DNA of 64,000 nucleotides, taken from the human T2T-CHM13v2.0 reference genome, Homo sapiens. Made by a program: the position numbers and the translations under genes. Within the stretch, counting starts at the first letter, position 1. Every line of letters starts with the position of its first letter. The notes under the pieces are model-generated. The model was not told the DNA's origin, made no database searches, and was given only the letters and a program-made list of their open reading frames with translations. Where the stretch lies: NCBI RefSeq assembly GCF_009914755.1, contig NC_060926.1; one strand, 5' to 3'. Positions 1 to 12,632 of the stretch are shown here, piece after piece.

Positions 1-44
1 AATTATAATCAGAGATGGTTGATAGCCTCCTGAGGTCCATTGAG

Positions 45-187
45 CAATGCTTTTCAATCTCATATGTGCATGAGAAGTACCTGGGATCTTGTTACAATGC
101 AGATTCAGTACATCTGGATTGGGACCCATGTTGATGCCAATGAGGCTGAGTCCCCTGACCATAACATAACACACTGTGAGTAGCAAG
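45..187 (+). mobile_element. MER5-type (hAT-Charlie) DNA transposon remnant
   Basis: Degenerate match to recalled MER5 motifs: 'cctgggatcttgttacaatgcagattcagta', 'acactgtgagtagcaagg'. Confidence 0.55.
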
Positions 188-1479
188 GATATGGAGAAAA
201 AGAATTACATCACATTGCTTTCCCAGCAGAAAAGAATGGAGTGTAAACGTCATTAGTTTCTACAACTGGCAAGAAGATATTGTCTTTGACTCTCACAATT
301 TCTCTGGCAAAAGAACTTTGTAATGAGTATTAGGACTTCGATGATACCACATGAGCAGGATATGCGGGATAATTTGTACTGCAGTTCTGCATGGCAACCA
401 CAGAATAAATGGACATGTCTGTTCTATTTTAGATTCAAAACCAGAAATCACTTGTGATTAATGGTGGAATAATAAGCTTTTATTATAAATTGTAGAAGCT
501 TAAGTTCTCAAGCTGGCTTTTCTCCTGCAGGGCTCTTGCAGGAGCAATCTGTTAGTCAAAGCTGTAGGACAGCAATTAAAGGGGCATTCGTTATAGCCCA
601 TGTATGCTAGAAAGCAGCAAGACAATGATACTTGCCAAACGTCTGGGAAATTAGGTCAGCACTTGCAGATTAAATTCAACAGTGCCTGCTGGACTAAAGT
701 CCTGATTGCCAATTAAGATCTAATGCTGACACTTACTAGCTATTGAGAATTAGAGGGGATGAAGAACTTCTAAAAATTGAGTGGCTAACACTGTTCTTGA
801 ATCCTGATAGAATATTATCCATTTGCTTTTTAGTATCTGTGACAATCAAATCAATTTTTCTCCTTTTGTATTTTACTTATGATTCTATTTTTGATGTAAA
901 ACAGATATATCTGCAGTTACATAAACAGGGTAAAGATCAATTAATTCCCACTTTACTCTTTCATACTTTATTCATGATCACAATATGCATGCTTGCCAAA
1001 GAGATGAGTAAATATTGTTATTATTTTAAAGACAGAGGCATTGGCCTAATGTCACATATTTTATAATATTTACTTAATTGAAATTCAGAATAGAAGACTT
1101 TCATTGTTGTGCAAGAACAGAAGCTACTCTTCTGGGAAGAGTAAGTGGCTTAGCAGAGGAATAGCAAAGACTGATCAAATAGTTAAGAAAGCTACAGACA
1201 TTGTGATCTAGTGAGTGATTATTTCATTATAGCTAAACTTCAATGGTTATTTTTTTTTAAAAAGTTCACTTTATGGTCTGAAAATGTTTGCATTTGCTCT
1301 CTTTAGTTATCAGTTGTGCATAGATCTGTTTAGAAAAGCTATGAATGGGGTGAGAACAGAGAACTTGTGGAGGCAGAATTTTAAGATGGCCCCCAGAATT
1401 CCTGCCAGCAACAATCAGGTTGAACATGTAATTTATAAATTCAAAATTTATTAAGGAAACTCTCTATATAGACATAATT

Positions 1480-3600
1480 ATATATGCTATATAGGGATAA
1501 TTTTAATGAACACTGTGTATAGTATGTATGTAGAAGAGTATAAGGAAATTTAAAAAAATTGGCATTACTGAGTTGAAAGAGATAATGTACTATATTCACG
1601 AATAGGAAAACTCAATATTGTAAGGATGCTAATTTCCCCTAAATCTGTGGGTTTTATACAATCAAGCAAATTCTCTATGTGTGTGAAAATTAAAAAGCTG
1701 ATTCTAAAATGTATTTAAAAGAGCGTAGGGCCAATAATATACTCGAGAATTAAAAGAGTAAGATGGAGAAGACTTGCCTTATCAAATATCAAGCCCCATT
1801 TTAAAGTCATAATGATTAAGATAGTGGCACAGAAATAGACAAATAGACCAAGTGAAAAAGACAAAGAACTTAGAAAGAGACTCAGACTTATATGCAACTT
1901 GGATAGGTAACAGAGCTGCCATTGTAGTCCAGTGGAGAAAGGAGGAAATATTCAATAAAAGTTGCTAGCATAATTGATTATATAGAAATTAATAACATTG
2001 AATTTCACACCATGTACAAAAATCAATTCCAGATATAATAACACATGTGATAACAAAATATTAATATTTTAGAATGAAATAAGAGATAATCTTTATTATT
2101 CTAAGACAGGAAAGAATTTTTAAAACTAAACCAAATACCTTTAAGTTAAAAAAAGTGAAAAATAAGATGAGCCACAAACTTTAAAAAGAAACTTGCAAAA
2201 TATATAATAGTGTCTTATAAAGAATATGTAAACGTAGAATTCCAAAAATTTCTTAAGAAAAAAATAAGTAATCTAATAGAAAAATATAGAAAGACATGAA
2301 TAAGCATTTCACAGAAGATTTTAACAAATGGTTAATAAATATAAGAAAAGCTGCCAATTATCATTAATAATCAGAGAATAAAAATGTAATGACATTTTTT
2401 CTACCTATCTAGTTGACTACAATTAGGAAATGACAAGGCCAAGTGATGGAGAAGTTGTGAGCCAATGAAAATGCTTATATGCTTTTGATAGGCGTAAAAA
2501 TTTGTTGTTGGCATTAATCATGTAAGTTTGAATAGTCACATGGCCTATGACTCAGCAATTTCATTTCTGAGTGTACATTCTAGAAACTTCTTGTGCATTG
2601 TAAGAATAGCCATAATATTATATCAAATGAGCTTGGCAATTAAGGAAGGAAGGAAGGAAGGAAGGAATAGCCGTAACAGCCTGGTTTATAATTAAAGTGG
2701 AAACAAAAATATTGATAAAAGAATGGTGAATAAAGTCATGTGTTCATGAACTGCAATATTATGAAACACAGACTAAAATGTTTGAATTACAGCTGTATTT
2801 AACACCAAAAACAAACATTAGAAACATGTTTGTTGATTTTTATAAAGCAAAAAAGCAAGCAAAACTAAACATGATATATTTGAAATATAAGTATTTAGTT
2901 ATACATATATAATAGTTTATACATACAGTTTTTGTAATATACAGGCCAATATGTTACATAGTATATATCAAATATTCCTAATATATAATGTGTATATATA
3001 ATCTAATAAGTCATATGATTTATCAATAACATCACTAATATGATTACTTCTGGGGTTAGCAGGGATCTGGAATAGTGAAGAAACTCATGGATTGATGCAT
3101 GTTTTAGTGGTGTTCCAATTTTTGGTTTGGTTGCTGGGTCCCTAGATGTAAACTACATTATTGTGCTTTATTTATAACTGGCATAAATATATTATTGTAT
3201 GCATCTAATATTTTATTTTGAAAAGATACTATGAAAATGTAATTAAAAACAAATTAATAGAATAGAACAAGAAGAAAATATGCCAGGACAATACTATCCA
3301 AAAGAAAACTAAGTTTCATATAAATAACTGACAAAATAAATTTCGAGGTTAAAAAAATTAATAGGAATAAAAAGAACATTAGTTAAAAATATAAGGTAAA
3401 GCCACCAAGAAAAGGGAATAAATTTTAATGTACCCATCAACATTTCCTTGAAGACTCTAAAATGAAAACCAACTGAATTAAAAAGAGAGATTGACAAAAT
3501 TGTAATCATAATCGGAGAGCATAATCAGATGTATTAACAGTGTTAGATCAAGCAGGCCAAAGATTAAGGATACAAACTATATATCCAAACAGCCACCTCA
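1480..3600 (+). mobile_element. Old L1M(E/C) fragments (ORF2 3' part and 3' end, plus an endonuclease-region piece)
   Basis: A-rich, with decayed L1 ORF2 motifs: 'aaaactcaatattgtaaggatg', 'gctgattctaaaatgtat', 'aagacatgaataagcatttcacagaaga', 'gactcagcaatttcatttctg'. Boundaries approximate. Confidence 0.7.
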
Positions 3601-3815
3601 ACTGTATGGAATTGCTAAATTGCTTTTGAAATGGCTACACACCAACAGTGCATGATATTTCTTGTTGTCTCTCTAATGCTTCAACCTGGGTATTCCTTTA
3701 AGGGAATTCTGTATAAATGGAAGAGAACTACATGTGTCTTCATTGCTGAGTCTCCAAAACACATGTTGACTAAAAAAATGCAAATAATGCAATAACACAT
3801 GTATTGATTTTATAT

Positions 3816-4254
3816 TTACTATAAACTGGACTGTGTCCCCCTCCTTCTCCCTCAGAAAAGAGAAGTTGAAATCCTAATCTCCAGTACCTCAGAATGTGAC
3901 TTCATTTAAAAATAGGGTTGCCGCACATGTAGTTAGCTAAGATGAAGTCAGACTGGCATAGGGTGGGCCCCACATCCATATGGTTGGTGTCCTTATAAGA
4001 AGACGGCCATGTGAAGACAGAGACACAGGGAGAATATTACATGAAGATGAAGAATTGGAGCCGAGAAGAGACCAAAGACTGGGGACAAACCACCAGAAGC
4101 GGGAGGAAGCAAGGAAGGATTTGCCTAGAGGTTTCAGAGGGAGCATGGCCCTGCTGGCACCTTGATATCAAGCAACTGTGAGACAATATATTAATGTTGG
4201 TTAAGCCACCCAGTGTGTGGTACTTAGTTATAGTAGCACTAGGAAACTGATACA
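3816..4254 (+). mobile_element. MLT1C/B-like MaLR solo LTR
   Basis: 'cagtacctcagaatgtgac', 'ggtgtccttataagaag', 'gagcatggccctgctggcaccttg', 3' end 'aggaaactgataca'. Confidence 0.8.
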
Positions 4255-4256
4255 AT

Positions 4257-4716
4257 ATTGCTGCATACCATATTTATTGTCTCACAATTTCCATGAGCTC
4301 GGGAATCCGGGCATGGTTTAGTCGGGCCCTCTGCTCAGGTCTTACAGGCTGTGTGCAGAATATCAGGTGGGTCTGGAGTCTCATCTGAACCTCAGGGTCC
4401 TCATTCAAGCTGACATAATTGTTGGCAGAATTCATTTCCTTGCAGCTTTCTGTGGAACTCATGGCATATTGCTTCTTCAAGGACAACAGAAGGGAGAAGT
4501 TCTGAAAGGCCACCCAGGATAATTTCCCTTTTTATTTACTCAAAGTTAACTGATTAGGAACATTAATTGTGTCTGCTAAATCCCTTTATCTTCCCATATA
4601 ATGTAACATAATCGTGGAAATGGTATCCTATCATATTCACAGCCCCTGTCCTTACTCAAGAGAGGATTGCTCAAGGTCAGGGGTCACAAGGCCATTTTGG
4701 CATTCTGGCTTCCATA
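4257..4716 (-). mobile_element. MLT1F/G-like MaLR LTR
   Basis: 'atttattgtctcacaatttcc...gggaatccgggcatgg', 'gttggcagaattcatttccttgcag', 'tatcatattcacag'. Confidence 0.65.
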
Positions 4717-5033
4717 AAACATAATGTATATTATCATTTTAAAAACATGCAAAACAAAGATAATGGAGTTTTTATGGATCAATAGCTATGTAATACATGT
4801 TTAAAATATGCAAATAAATAACATCGACTTGTTATAGTGGTTTTCTCTGAGGAAGAGCTTCACAGTGGAATTAGGGGAGTGAACGTGGCCGGTTTCAGCT
4901 CTATCTATGATGTATAAAAACGAAAATGAAAATATCTGAAAAGAGTACGGCAAAATGTTAACATTTGTTAAGACCACTTGATGAAAACATAGATGTTTAT
5001 CACATAATTCTCTGGGTATGATTATGTTTATTA

Positions 5034-5233
5034 CAGCTTGAGCATCCCTTACCCAGAATGCTTGGGACTAGAAGTGGATGTTGGATTTTGGAATATTTGC
5101 ATTGAGCATTCCAAATCTGAAAATATGAAATCTGAAATGCTCCAATGAACATTTCTTTTAAGTCCTGTTGACACTCAAAAAGTTTCAGATTGTAAAGCAT
5201 TTCAGATTTTTTTGATTTGGGATGCTCTACCTA
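5034..5233 (+). mobile_element. Tigger4a (MER46A) MITE
   Basis: TIRs 'cagcttgagcatccc' / 'gggatgctctaccta', TA at 5032-33 and 5234-35, internal 'gaaatctgaaatgctccaatga'. Confidence 0.85.
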
Positions 5234-5532
5234 TAATATCTATATTTTAATTATAGAATTAAAAATTGAAATAAAAAATTGAAATCAGAAACCCCCCAAA
5301 ATATATATGTTTTATTAGTTGACTTTTCTTTTCTTGGATAAGAGAAAAGAGGACGGTTGTGAGTACGTTGGATAAGTGTTATGGCTCCCAGAAATGGGAC
5401 AAAAATAACTTAAATGACAGTATGTTGTTAATTCTTTTTTTTCCAAATTAGATGCTAAGCAGAATAGACATAGACTGTTAAGAAATAACTTTCTGGGAGT
5501 AGACCTGAGAAGAAGCCAGATTATGATAATGA

Positions 5533-6004
5533 TATATCAGTCAGGGCTTTCCAGAGAAAGAGATCCGATAGGATATATGGATGGATAGATGGATAGTGAT
5601 GCATATCTAGGATCTATGTATTATATGTGTATGTATTTATCATCTATCTACCTACCTACCTACCTACCTATGAAGAGAAGTATTTTAAGGATTGTCTCAC
5701 AGGATTGTAGGGAACTGGAAATCTGAAATCTGTAGGGCAGGCTGGCAGGCTGGAAACTCGGGCAGGAGTTGATGTTGCAGTGTTGAGGCAGAAACCTCTG
5801 TTTTTGTTCTCAAGGCCTTTAACTGATAAGATGCAACCCACTCACATTATGGTAAAAAAGGACAATCTTCTTTACTTAAAGTCAACTGTTTGTAGGTGTT
5901 AACTACATCTACAAAATATCTTCATAGCAACACCGAGAGATTAGTGTTTGATTAAATCACTGTGTAACAAGCAGCCTAGCCAAACTGACACATAAAACAT
6001 AACA
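5533..6004 (-). mobile_element. MLT2D-like ERVL solo LTR
   Basis: 'atcagtcagggctttccagagaaa', 'tctgaaatctgtagggcaggctggcaggctggaaactc', 'cttaaagtcaactg', 'gcctagccaaactgacacataaa'; internal (CTAC)n tract. Confidence 0.8.
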
Positions 6005-6430
6005 GATATCCTTCAGGTCTTTTCATTTGTTTCTGTCATCTTCTAAGCTAGTACTATGTAACGTTAAAGAGCAGAACCATCTAACCTTATGCTTATTTCA
6101 ATTAAACAAATCAATTTTTTTTTTATCATTAGCACATCTTTTTAGGCTCCAAGAAATGCCAATGTATCTAAATGGGATACCTAACAAAACACATTGTTTA
6201 GTAATCTCTGTATACATATGTATAATTATTCTATATGTATATATAACTATGTATTTATATATACAGATATTTATATTTATGTATTTTTATATATTATAAA
6301 AAGCATATATTTTTCATTTTTCAATTACTACAACCGCTAAAACCATTAGGTCAGAAGAAAACGTGTTCCACTGGTGCCACTTCAGTCTGCTTTCTAAATC
6401 TCATGTCCGTGGGCAACTGGATTTTATGTC

Positions 6431-6856
6431 TGTAATAAGAAGTCTGACTCCATTTTGATGTTTGATTACTAACAACTTTCAAGCCCACCCGTCTCTCTTC
6501 CTCTTTTGCCTCAGATGTGGGCAAGCTCATAAGAACGCCCAGATGCTTTCTTCTTTGGTGCAGGTTGGACGTTCAAATCACATAAGCTGTCATCCATGCC
6601 TAGGAACCCTCATTTATAGCCCTACCCCTTGACCACAATAAAAGCCAAAGCCAGTTGTCACTCCTTGCTCCCTCACGTCATTTTCAGACCTGCTTGATGG
6701 TCTGCACTGTTCTTCCCAGAAATTCTCACTATGTGAGTAATCAATCTTTTCATACCCTCCTGGTGGGTGTGTGGTGTCATTAATTTTGACATCTGAACCA
6801 ATTTTGGGTGAGTGGGAGGGGGTCCAGCCTGCTTCCGTAAGGTGACCTACATGACA
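6431..6856 (+). mobile_element. ERV solo LTR (LTR47-like, family uncertain)
   Basis: TG...CA ends ('tgtaataagaagtctgactccattttg' ... 'ctacatgaca') and a decayed polyA region 'gtgagtaatcaatc'. Confidence 0.6.
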
Positions 6857-7233
6857 TGTTTGCTTCTTAAAAATTCATTCTGAAAATAATCACTGGTAAT
6901 GCTGCTTATCCTACTGAATGAAACGCAGCATATCTTTTTTATGTTTAAAAATTATAAGCGAAGTTTCTCAAGGCAAAAATCCCCACCCTCCTTTGTTAGT
7001 GAAATAGAAATAAAAATGAAAAAAGAAAAGAAATACATACCTTTAAATGAACAAAGGTGGTAATTAGCTAACGGGGAAAAAGTGAAAACAGAATATTTAG
7101 AAGTTGAAGAAAAATCACATTTTTGGTATGATATTTATAAAGTCCTTCATCTTACAATGATAAAATTTTGCAATATTTACATTTAGTTTTAAATTTAAAT
7201 TTCAGTTTTCTATTAACAGTTGCCAAAATGCCA
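6686..7233 (+). repeat. Ancient local duplication, copy 1
   Basis: Colinear with 8252-8959, e.g. 'agacctgcttg' at 6686/8252 and 'gtatgatatttataaagtc' at 7126/8850. Confidence 0.9.
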
Positions 7234-7249
7234 TCGGGTTTTTTTTTCT

Positions 7250-8250
7250 TTTCTTTTTCCCCCAAGATGGCAAACTAGAGGCTTTTGTAGCATGTCTTTG
7301 CCACTTGGAAATAGCAAGATAATGCGTAAAGATCAACTCTACAAGTTATTAATTCAAGTAGGGAAACAGGAATCCACTGCAATTATGAAGGGCATCCTAG
7401 ATCCTGGAGGGGAGAACACAGGTAAACAGCCCCTGTGACGGCATCTGGCTGAGAAAAGTGAGTGAAGAAGCCCCAGTACATGAGAGAGGTAAATGGCCTC
7501 CCTCTGCAACTCACCTTTCCACTGGGGATCCAAGCAAGCTAGGCCAAGGAAGAGCACTTTGTTTTTACCAAGCCCTGGAGCTAACGTGGGGAGAGGCTTG
7601 GAGGTGCTAAGAGAGAAAGACACTGGGAAAGCTGCAGACATTTTCCCAGGCCCAGGACCAAGAGCAGGATGCCATTTTTAATCCAGGTGCATAAAAATAC
7701 AGTTGTTCTTTGAATTGGCAGCATGGGTGGGCAGGTATTTTTGTCTTGGGTTGGAGATTGGAATGCTTGCTCTGGAGTGGGGTAAGGGCCTCCATAGCCA
7801 GAATTGTGAAAAGTGCCTCAGCAGTAGGCTCTAGAATTATGCTTTTCCTGGTCACAGGCCCGAGGCAGGAAGAGAGCTGGTACAGCTGCAGTTTCTCCTG
7901 GGCAATGAGACTTGCACTCAAGGCCATCTTGGTGACCTGGAATTGGTCTATGTGTGCTATTGTTGGGTGCCCCAGCTTGTTCCCCTGAGATCATGGTGCA
8001 ATGGGGCCCACTTTGCTCCACCCCCAGGCAGAAATGCAGGCATTCAGGGCACCCACTTTTCTGGGGTAGCCTGAGCCACCGTACCCTTCCTGGGCATAGA
8101 TTGTGGTGCAAGGAGGCCCTCTACACTCCAACCTCAGGCAGATCTTCAGGCATTCAGAGCACCTGCTAAAACAAACTAGCATCCTGAATGGCCCCATCTT
8201 TCCTGTGCAGAGATCCTTGTGCAGAGGTCCCTCTCAGCTATATCCCCAGT
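7250..8250 (+). mobile_element. Isolated L1 5'UTR fragment (L1PB/L1M-type)
   Basis: Begins 'cccaagatggc' (the L1 5' YY1 box), followed by ~1 kb of GC-richer UTR-like sequence; no ORF1 or ORF2 follows. Confidence 0.7.
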
Positions 8251-8251
8251 A

Positions 8252-8959
8252 AGACCTGCTTGGTGGTCTGCCTCGTTCTTTCTAGAAATCCTCATTATGT
8301 GAGTAATAAATCTCTTCACGCACTCCTGGTGTGTGTGTGTGGTGTCATCAATTTTGAGGCAGAATTTCTGCTTCAGGAAGCCTCAGTTTTTGTTCTTAAG
8401 GGCTTCAACTGATTAAATAAAGCCCACCTAGATATCAAAGATGATCTTTTTTGTTTAAAGTCAACTGATTGTAGATCCGTTGAATCAATTTTGTGTGGGG
8501 TGGTGGAAGGTCCAGCCTGTTTCTGGAAGGTGATCTACATGCTATTCTTTTCTTATTTTAAATATTTATTCAAAATAACCACCGGCAATGCTACTTATCC
8601 TACTAAAATAAAAGCTGTAGCTATATCCCTAAAATACAAACTTTATAAAATCAGAGAAAACACAACATATGCTTTTCATGTTTAAAAACTATAAACCAAG
8701 TTTTACATGGCAAACCGCCTACCCTTCTTTATTGAAATAAATATACAAATTAAAAAAAGAAGAAATGTATGCCTTTAGATAAACAGAGAGTGATAAGTCA
8801 AAGAGAAAAAATAAAAATAGTTAGAGGGGGAAGAAAATTCACATTTTTAGTATGATATTTATAAAGTCATTTATCTTACAAGTATAAAATTTTGCACTAT
8901 TTACCTTTAGCTTTTTATTTAATTTTAAGTTTTATTTTTACAATTTCTGAAATACCATT
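8252..8959 (+). repeat. Ancient local duplication, copy 2 (with an inserted MLT2 piece at ~8358-8478)
   Basis: Colinear with 6686-7233 apart from insertions at ~8358-8478 and ~8612-8660. Confidence 0.9.
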
Positions 8960-9138
8960 TATATTTAAAAAATTAGCCATTTGAATTACTAAACTAATAT
9001 ATGCTTGTTGCATAATTAATAAAACATAAAGTATCAAAAATCAAGTGAACATAAACCCCCCCCCAACTATTTACATTGCTACTATTTCCTTATCATAGTC
9101 ACACATATCATCATATATTCATGTTACAGCACTGACAA

Positions 9139-9444
9139 TTTTATTTTATTTTTATTTTTATTTTTGAGACGGAGTTTTGCTCTTGTTGCCCAGGATGGAG
9201 TGCAATGGCGTGATCTCAGCTCACCACAACCCTGCCTCCTGGGTTCAAGTCATTCTCCTGCCTCAGCCTCCCAAGTAGCTGGGATTACAGGCATGTGCCA
9301 CCATGCCCAGCTAATTTTGTATTTTTAGTAGAGACGGGTTTCTCCATGTTGGTCAGGCTGGTCTCAAACTCCCGACCTCAGGTGACCCATCCACCTCAGC
9401 CTCCAAAGTGTTGGGATTATAGGCATGAGCCACTGCGGCTGGAC
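9139..9444 (-). mobile_element. AluSp/Sq
   Basis: Full dimeric Alu with diagnostic 'gctcttgttgccc', 'caatggcg', 'tttctccatgttggtcagg'; TSD-like 'agcactgacaatttta' (9128) / 'agtactgagaatttta' (9445). Confidence 0.95.
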
Positions 9445-9479
9445 AGTACTGAGAATTTTAAAAATAAAAATGGATTCAT

Positions 9480-10070
9480 GCTGCAAATATTCTATAACTT
9501 AACATTTTAACTTTAACAGTCCTTCCAGGCTAATAACTGTAGCATTGTTTTATTCTTTTATTTTATTGAATGCTTTCTTTAGTTTTGGACATTTAAATTA
9601 TTCTAAAGGGTTTGCAATGACAGTCGTTGTTCAATACTCATTCTATTTCCATCACAGTATTTTTATTTCTAGATGAATTCCCAGAATTGAAACTGCTGTG
9701 TTAAAACTTACATACATATTTCAAGTTGAGAAAATATATCCTGAAATAGAACATTTGAAATTGCTACCAACAATGAACACACAATAGTATCCATTCCTTC
9801 TCTCATTTACCTGCTCTGGATGTTTTTGTTTTTTCCATTTTTGCCAATATAATAGATAAAAAAGGTTATTTTACTCCATGTGTACAATTCTGAACTCTTT
9901 TGAGGGGACTTTCCTCTTCTCAATTTCTTCTTTTATGAATTTTCTGTTCATTCCTTTTGCCCATTTTTTTCTTAGACTTTTGACTTTTTTTATTACCTTG
10001 TGGGAACTTTTTATATATTCACAATATTAATCCTTTTATTTTGTACACATTTATTTGTTATATTTTTCTC
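9480..10070 (-). mobile_element. Old L1ME 3' region
   Basis: T-rich; 'tctagatgaattcccagaattgaaactgctg', 'ccatttttgccaat', 'ttcattccttttgcccattttt'. Confidence 0.55.
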
Positions 10071-10744
10071 TATAAGAACCATAGAGTCTCAGCACAAATG
10101 ATTTCATACACTCCCCTGCCACCACATTGCAAGACTTAAAAAACTAACATTGTTTCTAGTGGCTCAAGTCTACATCTCAAGAATGATTTATCCTATCCTT
10201 CCTTAAAATGACTCCCTGAGGAAGCTTAAGGCTACCAAAAGAGTTTGCTCTTTGTTCTAGCTGACAGCTGAAGATGGCTCTCTGACCATCTTTTCTTAGA
10301 GCATTTACCCAAAAGGGCTTACAACTGCAAATCTTTCCTTTGTCCCTTTGAGATGTTTATGTATCTCCTACAACTCATGATTGTCTTTCTGAAAGACTTG
10401 CTAGCTATTCCTTTAAAATGTAATCATCAGGAAGGATAAAGCCTCTGTCTCCCAGTCTCTGTGGGAGGACAGAACCCTAACTTCCATAATTGCCACTTAA
10501 TAGACATAGCTGGGCTCATCAGCATTTACACTGACCAGCCCTTGCAATTTTGTCAATTCTCCAAGTTTACTGAGCTCCTGTTTACTACCTTCTCTAGTCC
10601 CTCATTCTCTCTTTAAAACATCTCTGTACAAATCAAAGTTGAGTTTAGTTCACACCTAGACTTCTTCCCTATGCAATGGTATATTACCAGTTAAAATCTG
10701 CCCTTCCCACTTTAACTAGTGTTTGGCTTTGTTTGTCTTTGACA
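10071..10744 (+). mobile_element. ERV1 solo LTR (MER67-like)
   Basis: 'ttcttagagcatttac', 'ccctttgagatg', 'ctgtctcccagtctctgtgggagg', 3' end 'ctttaactagtg...tctttgaca'. Confidence 0.65.
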
Positions 10745-10792
10745 CAACCATGTGACAGAATTAAGAGACAATCTAATTGTCCATAATCCTGA

Positions 10793-11596
10793 TGTTAAGA
10801 GTAGGCAGATAGCTAGACATGAGCAGGGTTGGGGAGCACCTGACAAAAAGGAGGTCTGGAAAATCTCTCACCCCAGAGACCACCCAAAACATTCTTGCTA
10901 CGTATGAACAGGGAGGAGGGAAAATACCTATGCAGAAAGGAATGCCCTTTAAGATGCCCAGTAGTCACTTGCTCTGCAATTAACCTGTCAGAATGTAGAT
11001 AGCTCCATGATGCTAAGGATGGAAAGAGGGCAAAGGAGAAATTCTTAAGAGATATGCAGGTGCAGTAAGTACAGGTTTGACTGCTGTTCAAACTTCCTGT
11101 GGGTGGGGGTAATGAGCAAGGCAGCCATGAGGTAGAATTCATATCCAACACTGTGCCCATGTATGCACACCCCCTTATAAGCGAGAAAGAGTCCCACAAA
11201 GCCTGGGTGGGAACTAGGCAAGGACGAAGGCAGCAGGGATTTAGGGCAGGAGTGGGAAAACCAGACAAAGAAAAAAGGTGGGTACTTAGGACAGAGGTAG
11301 GAACTTCAAGGAAAAAATCAGACATCATAAAAGCCCAGTGCAGAACTCTCAGGGCTGCTGACTCATTCTCTTTCAACAGCCTACTCTGTCTCATCTTTCA
11401 GAGTATACTGCCCTTGTAAATAAACACTGCTACTGCTACTGCTGCTGCTCCCAGCCTAGTCAACCTGCTCCTCTCTAGGAGCCTACTCTTATCTTCTTAA
11501 TGACTCTTTTGCTTACATTACTAATTGTCTCTTGGCTGAATTCTTTCCCCCAAGTTAGACAGGAATAGGAATTGAGAATTCTGCATCTCAGTAACA
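10793..11596 (+). mobile_element. ERV1 solo LTR (MER50/MER87-like)
   Basis: TG...CA ends, perfect 4-bp TSD CTGA (10789-92 / 11597-600), AATAAA near 11419. Confidence 0.85.
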
Positions 11597-12632
11597 CTGA
11601 GACACTGACAGGTATTATTAAACTCAGTCTCTTGATCTCAATTTTGCATCTCAAAAATGTATTAAGGTTGCCAACAAAATGCTTCTCCCCATTTTACAGT
11701 TACTGAAAATGATAAAATAAATTGCCCAAAGTTTTGAATAATGTGTTTGTAGGAGATGGAGATGTAGAATCCTGTCTTTGGCAAAATTCCTCTTGAGTAT
11801 ATTTTCCTCAGAAATAATTTGCCTCATCCCTAACTTTTTCTCAAAGCATAATCACTCTCAATAGCTGAATTTTACTGTTCTAAAGATGATGAAAGCCAAA
11901 TTATTTAGGTTTCTGTCTTGACAACAAAAGCCCAATTAACTGAATAAAAAGACAGAAATGCTTGGTTCTATCTATAGAAGGATGAATTTCTACCAGTTTC
12001 CACTGAAGGCTTGAAAATGAAAATACCTTGTGGCTAACATAATTTGAATAATTGTCAGTCATTTGATTCTATTATTCTGGTGAAGTCAGAAAATTTAAAT
12101 TGCTGAACAGTACTCCAACCTCCTAATGTAGACTTTATTGAACAAATTCTGCTCTCTGGGGGATATAGGGAGATATCTCATACCATTCAGAATAGATTCT
12201 TTACTGGGATGTTTGAGACACTAGGTACCCTTCATTATTAGTGTATGTTCTTATAATTTGCCTCAGCATATAAATTAAATCCCATTTAAATATCTTAAAT
12301 AGAAGAAAGGCTGAGTTTTAGGAATGTGAACATGAACAACTGATTCAAGTTTGTTAAAATTATTATTTTCTGCATCCTACTTAGCTGAACTATTTTTGGG
12401 TTCATCCTGATGGTAGAGCTGATTGAATACATGAACAGAGTCTACTTCTTATAAAATCTGGGAGTTTGGAAAAAGGAGTATTAGTTTTAGGCAAGACAAA
12501 ATGAAAGGAAGTAATTCTAAAATAAAATTATACTTTTGTATTTTATGGTTATTTTAATAAAGTATAATTTTAATTGTATCATTATTTTGAATTATAAAGT
12601 GATGTTTAAAAATTTTAAATTATATCACTCTA

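Noticed and set aside
743-1066. 107-aa ORF
   Set aside because: Starts at TTG, has low-complexity AT-rich codon usage and no recognisable homology.
7220-8200. GC-richer island with many overlapping ORFs, a possible promoter or first exon
   Set aside because: CpG-depleted and starts with the L1 5' motif CAAGATGG; explained as a fossil L1 5'UTR.
10813-11419. 193-aa and 106-aa ORFs
   Set aside because: They lie wholly within an ERV1 solo LTR bounded by a CTGA TSD and show no recognisable domain.
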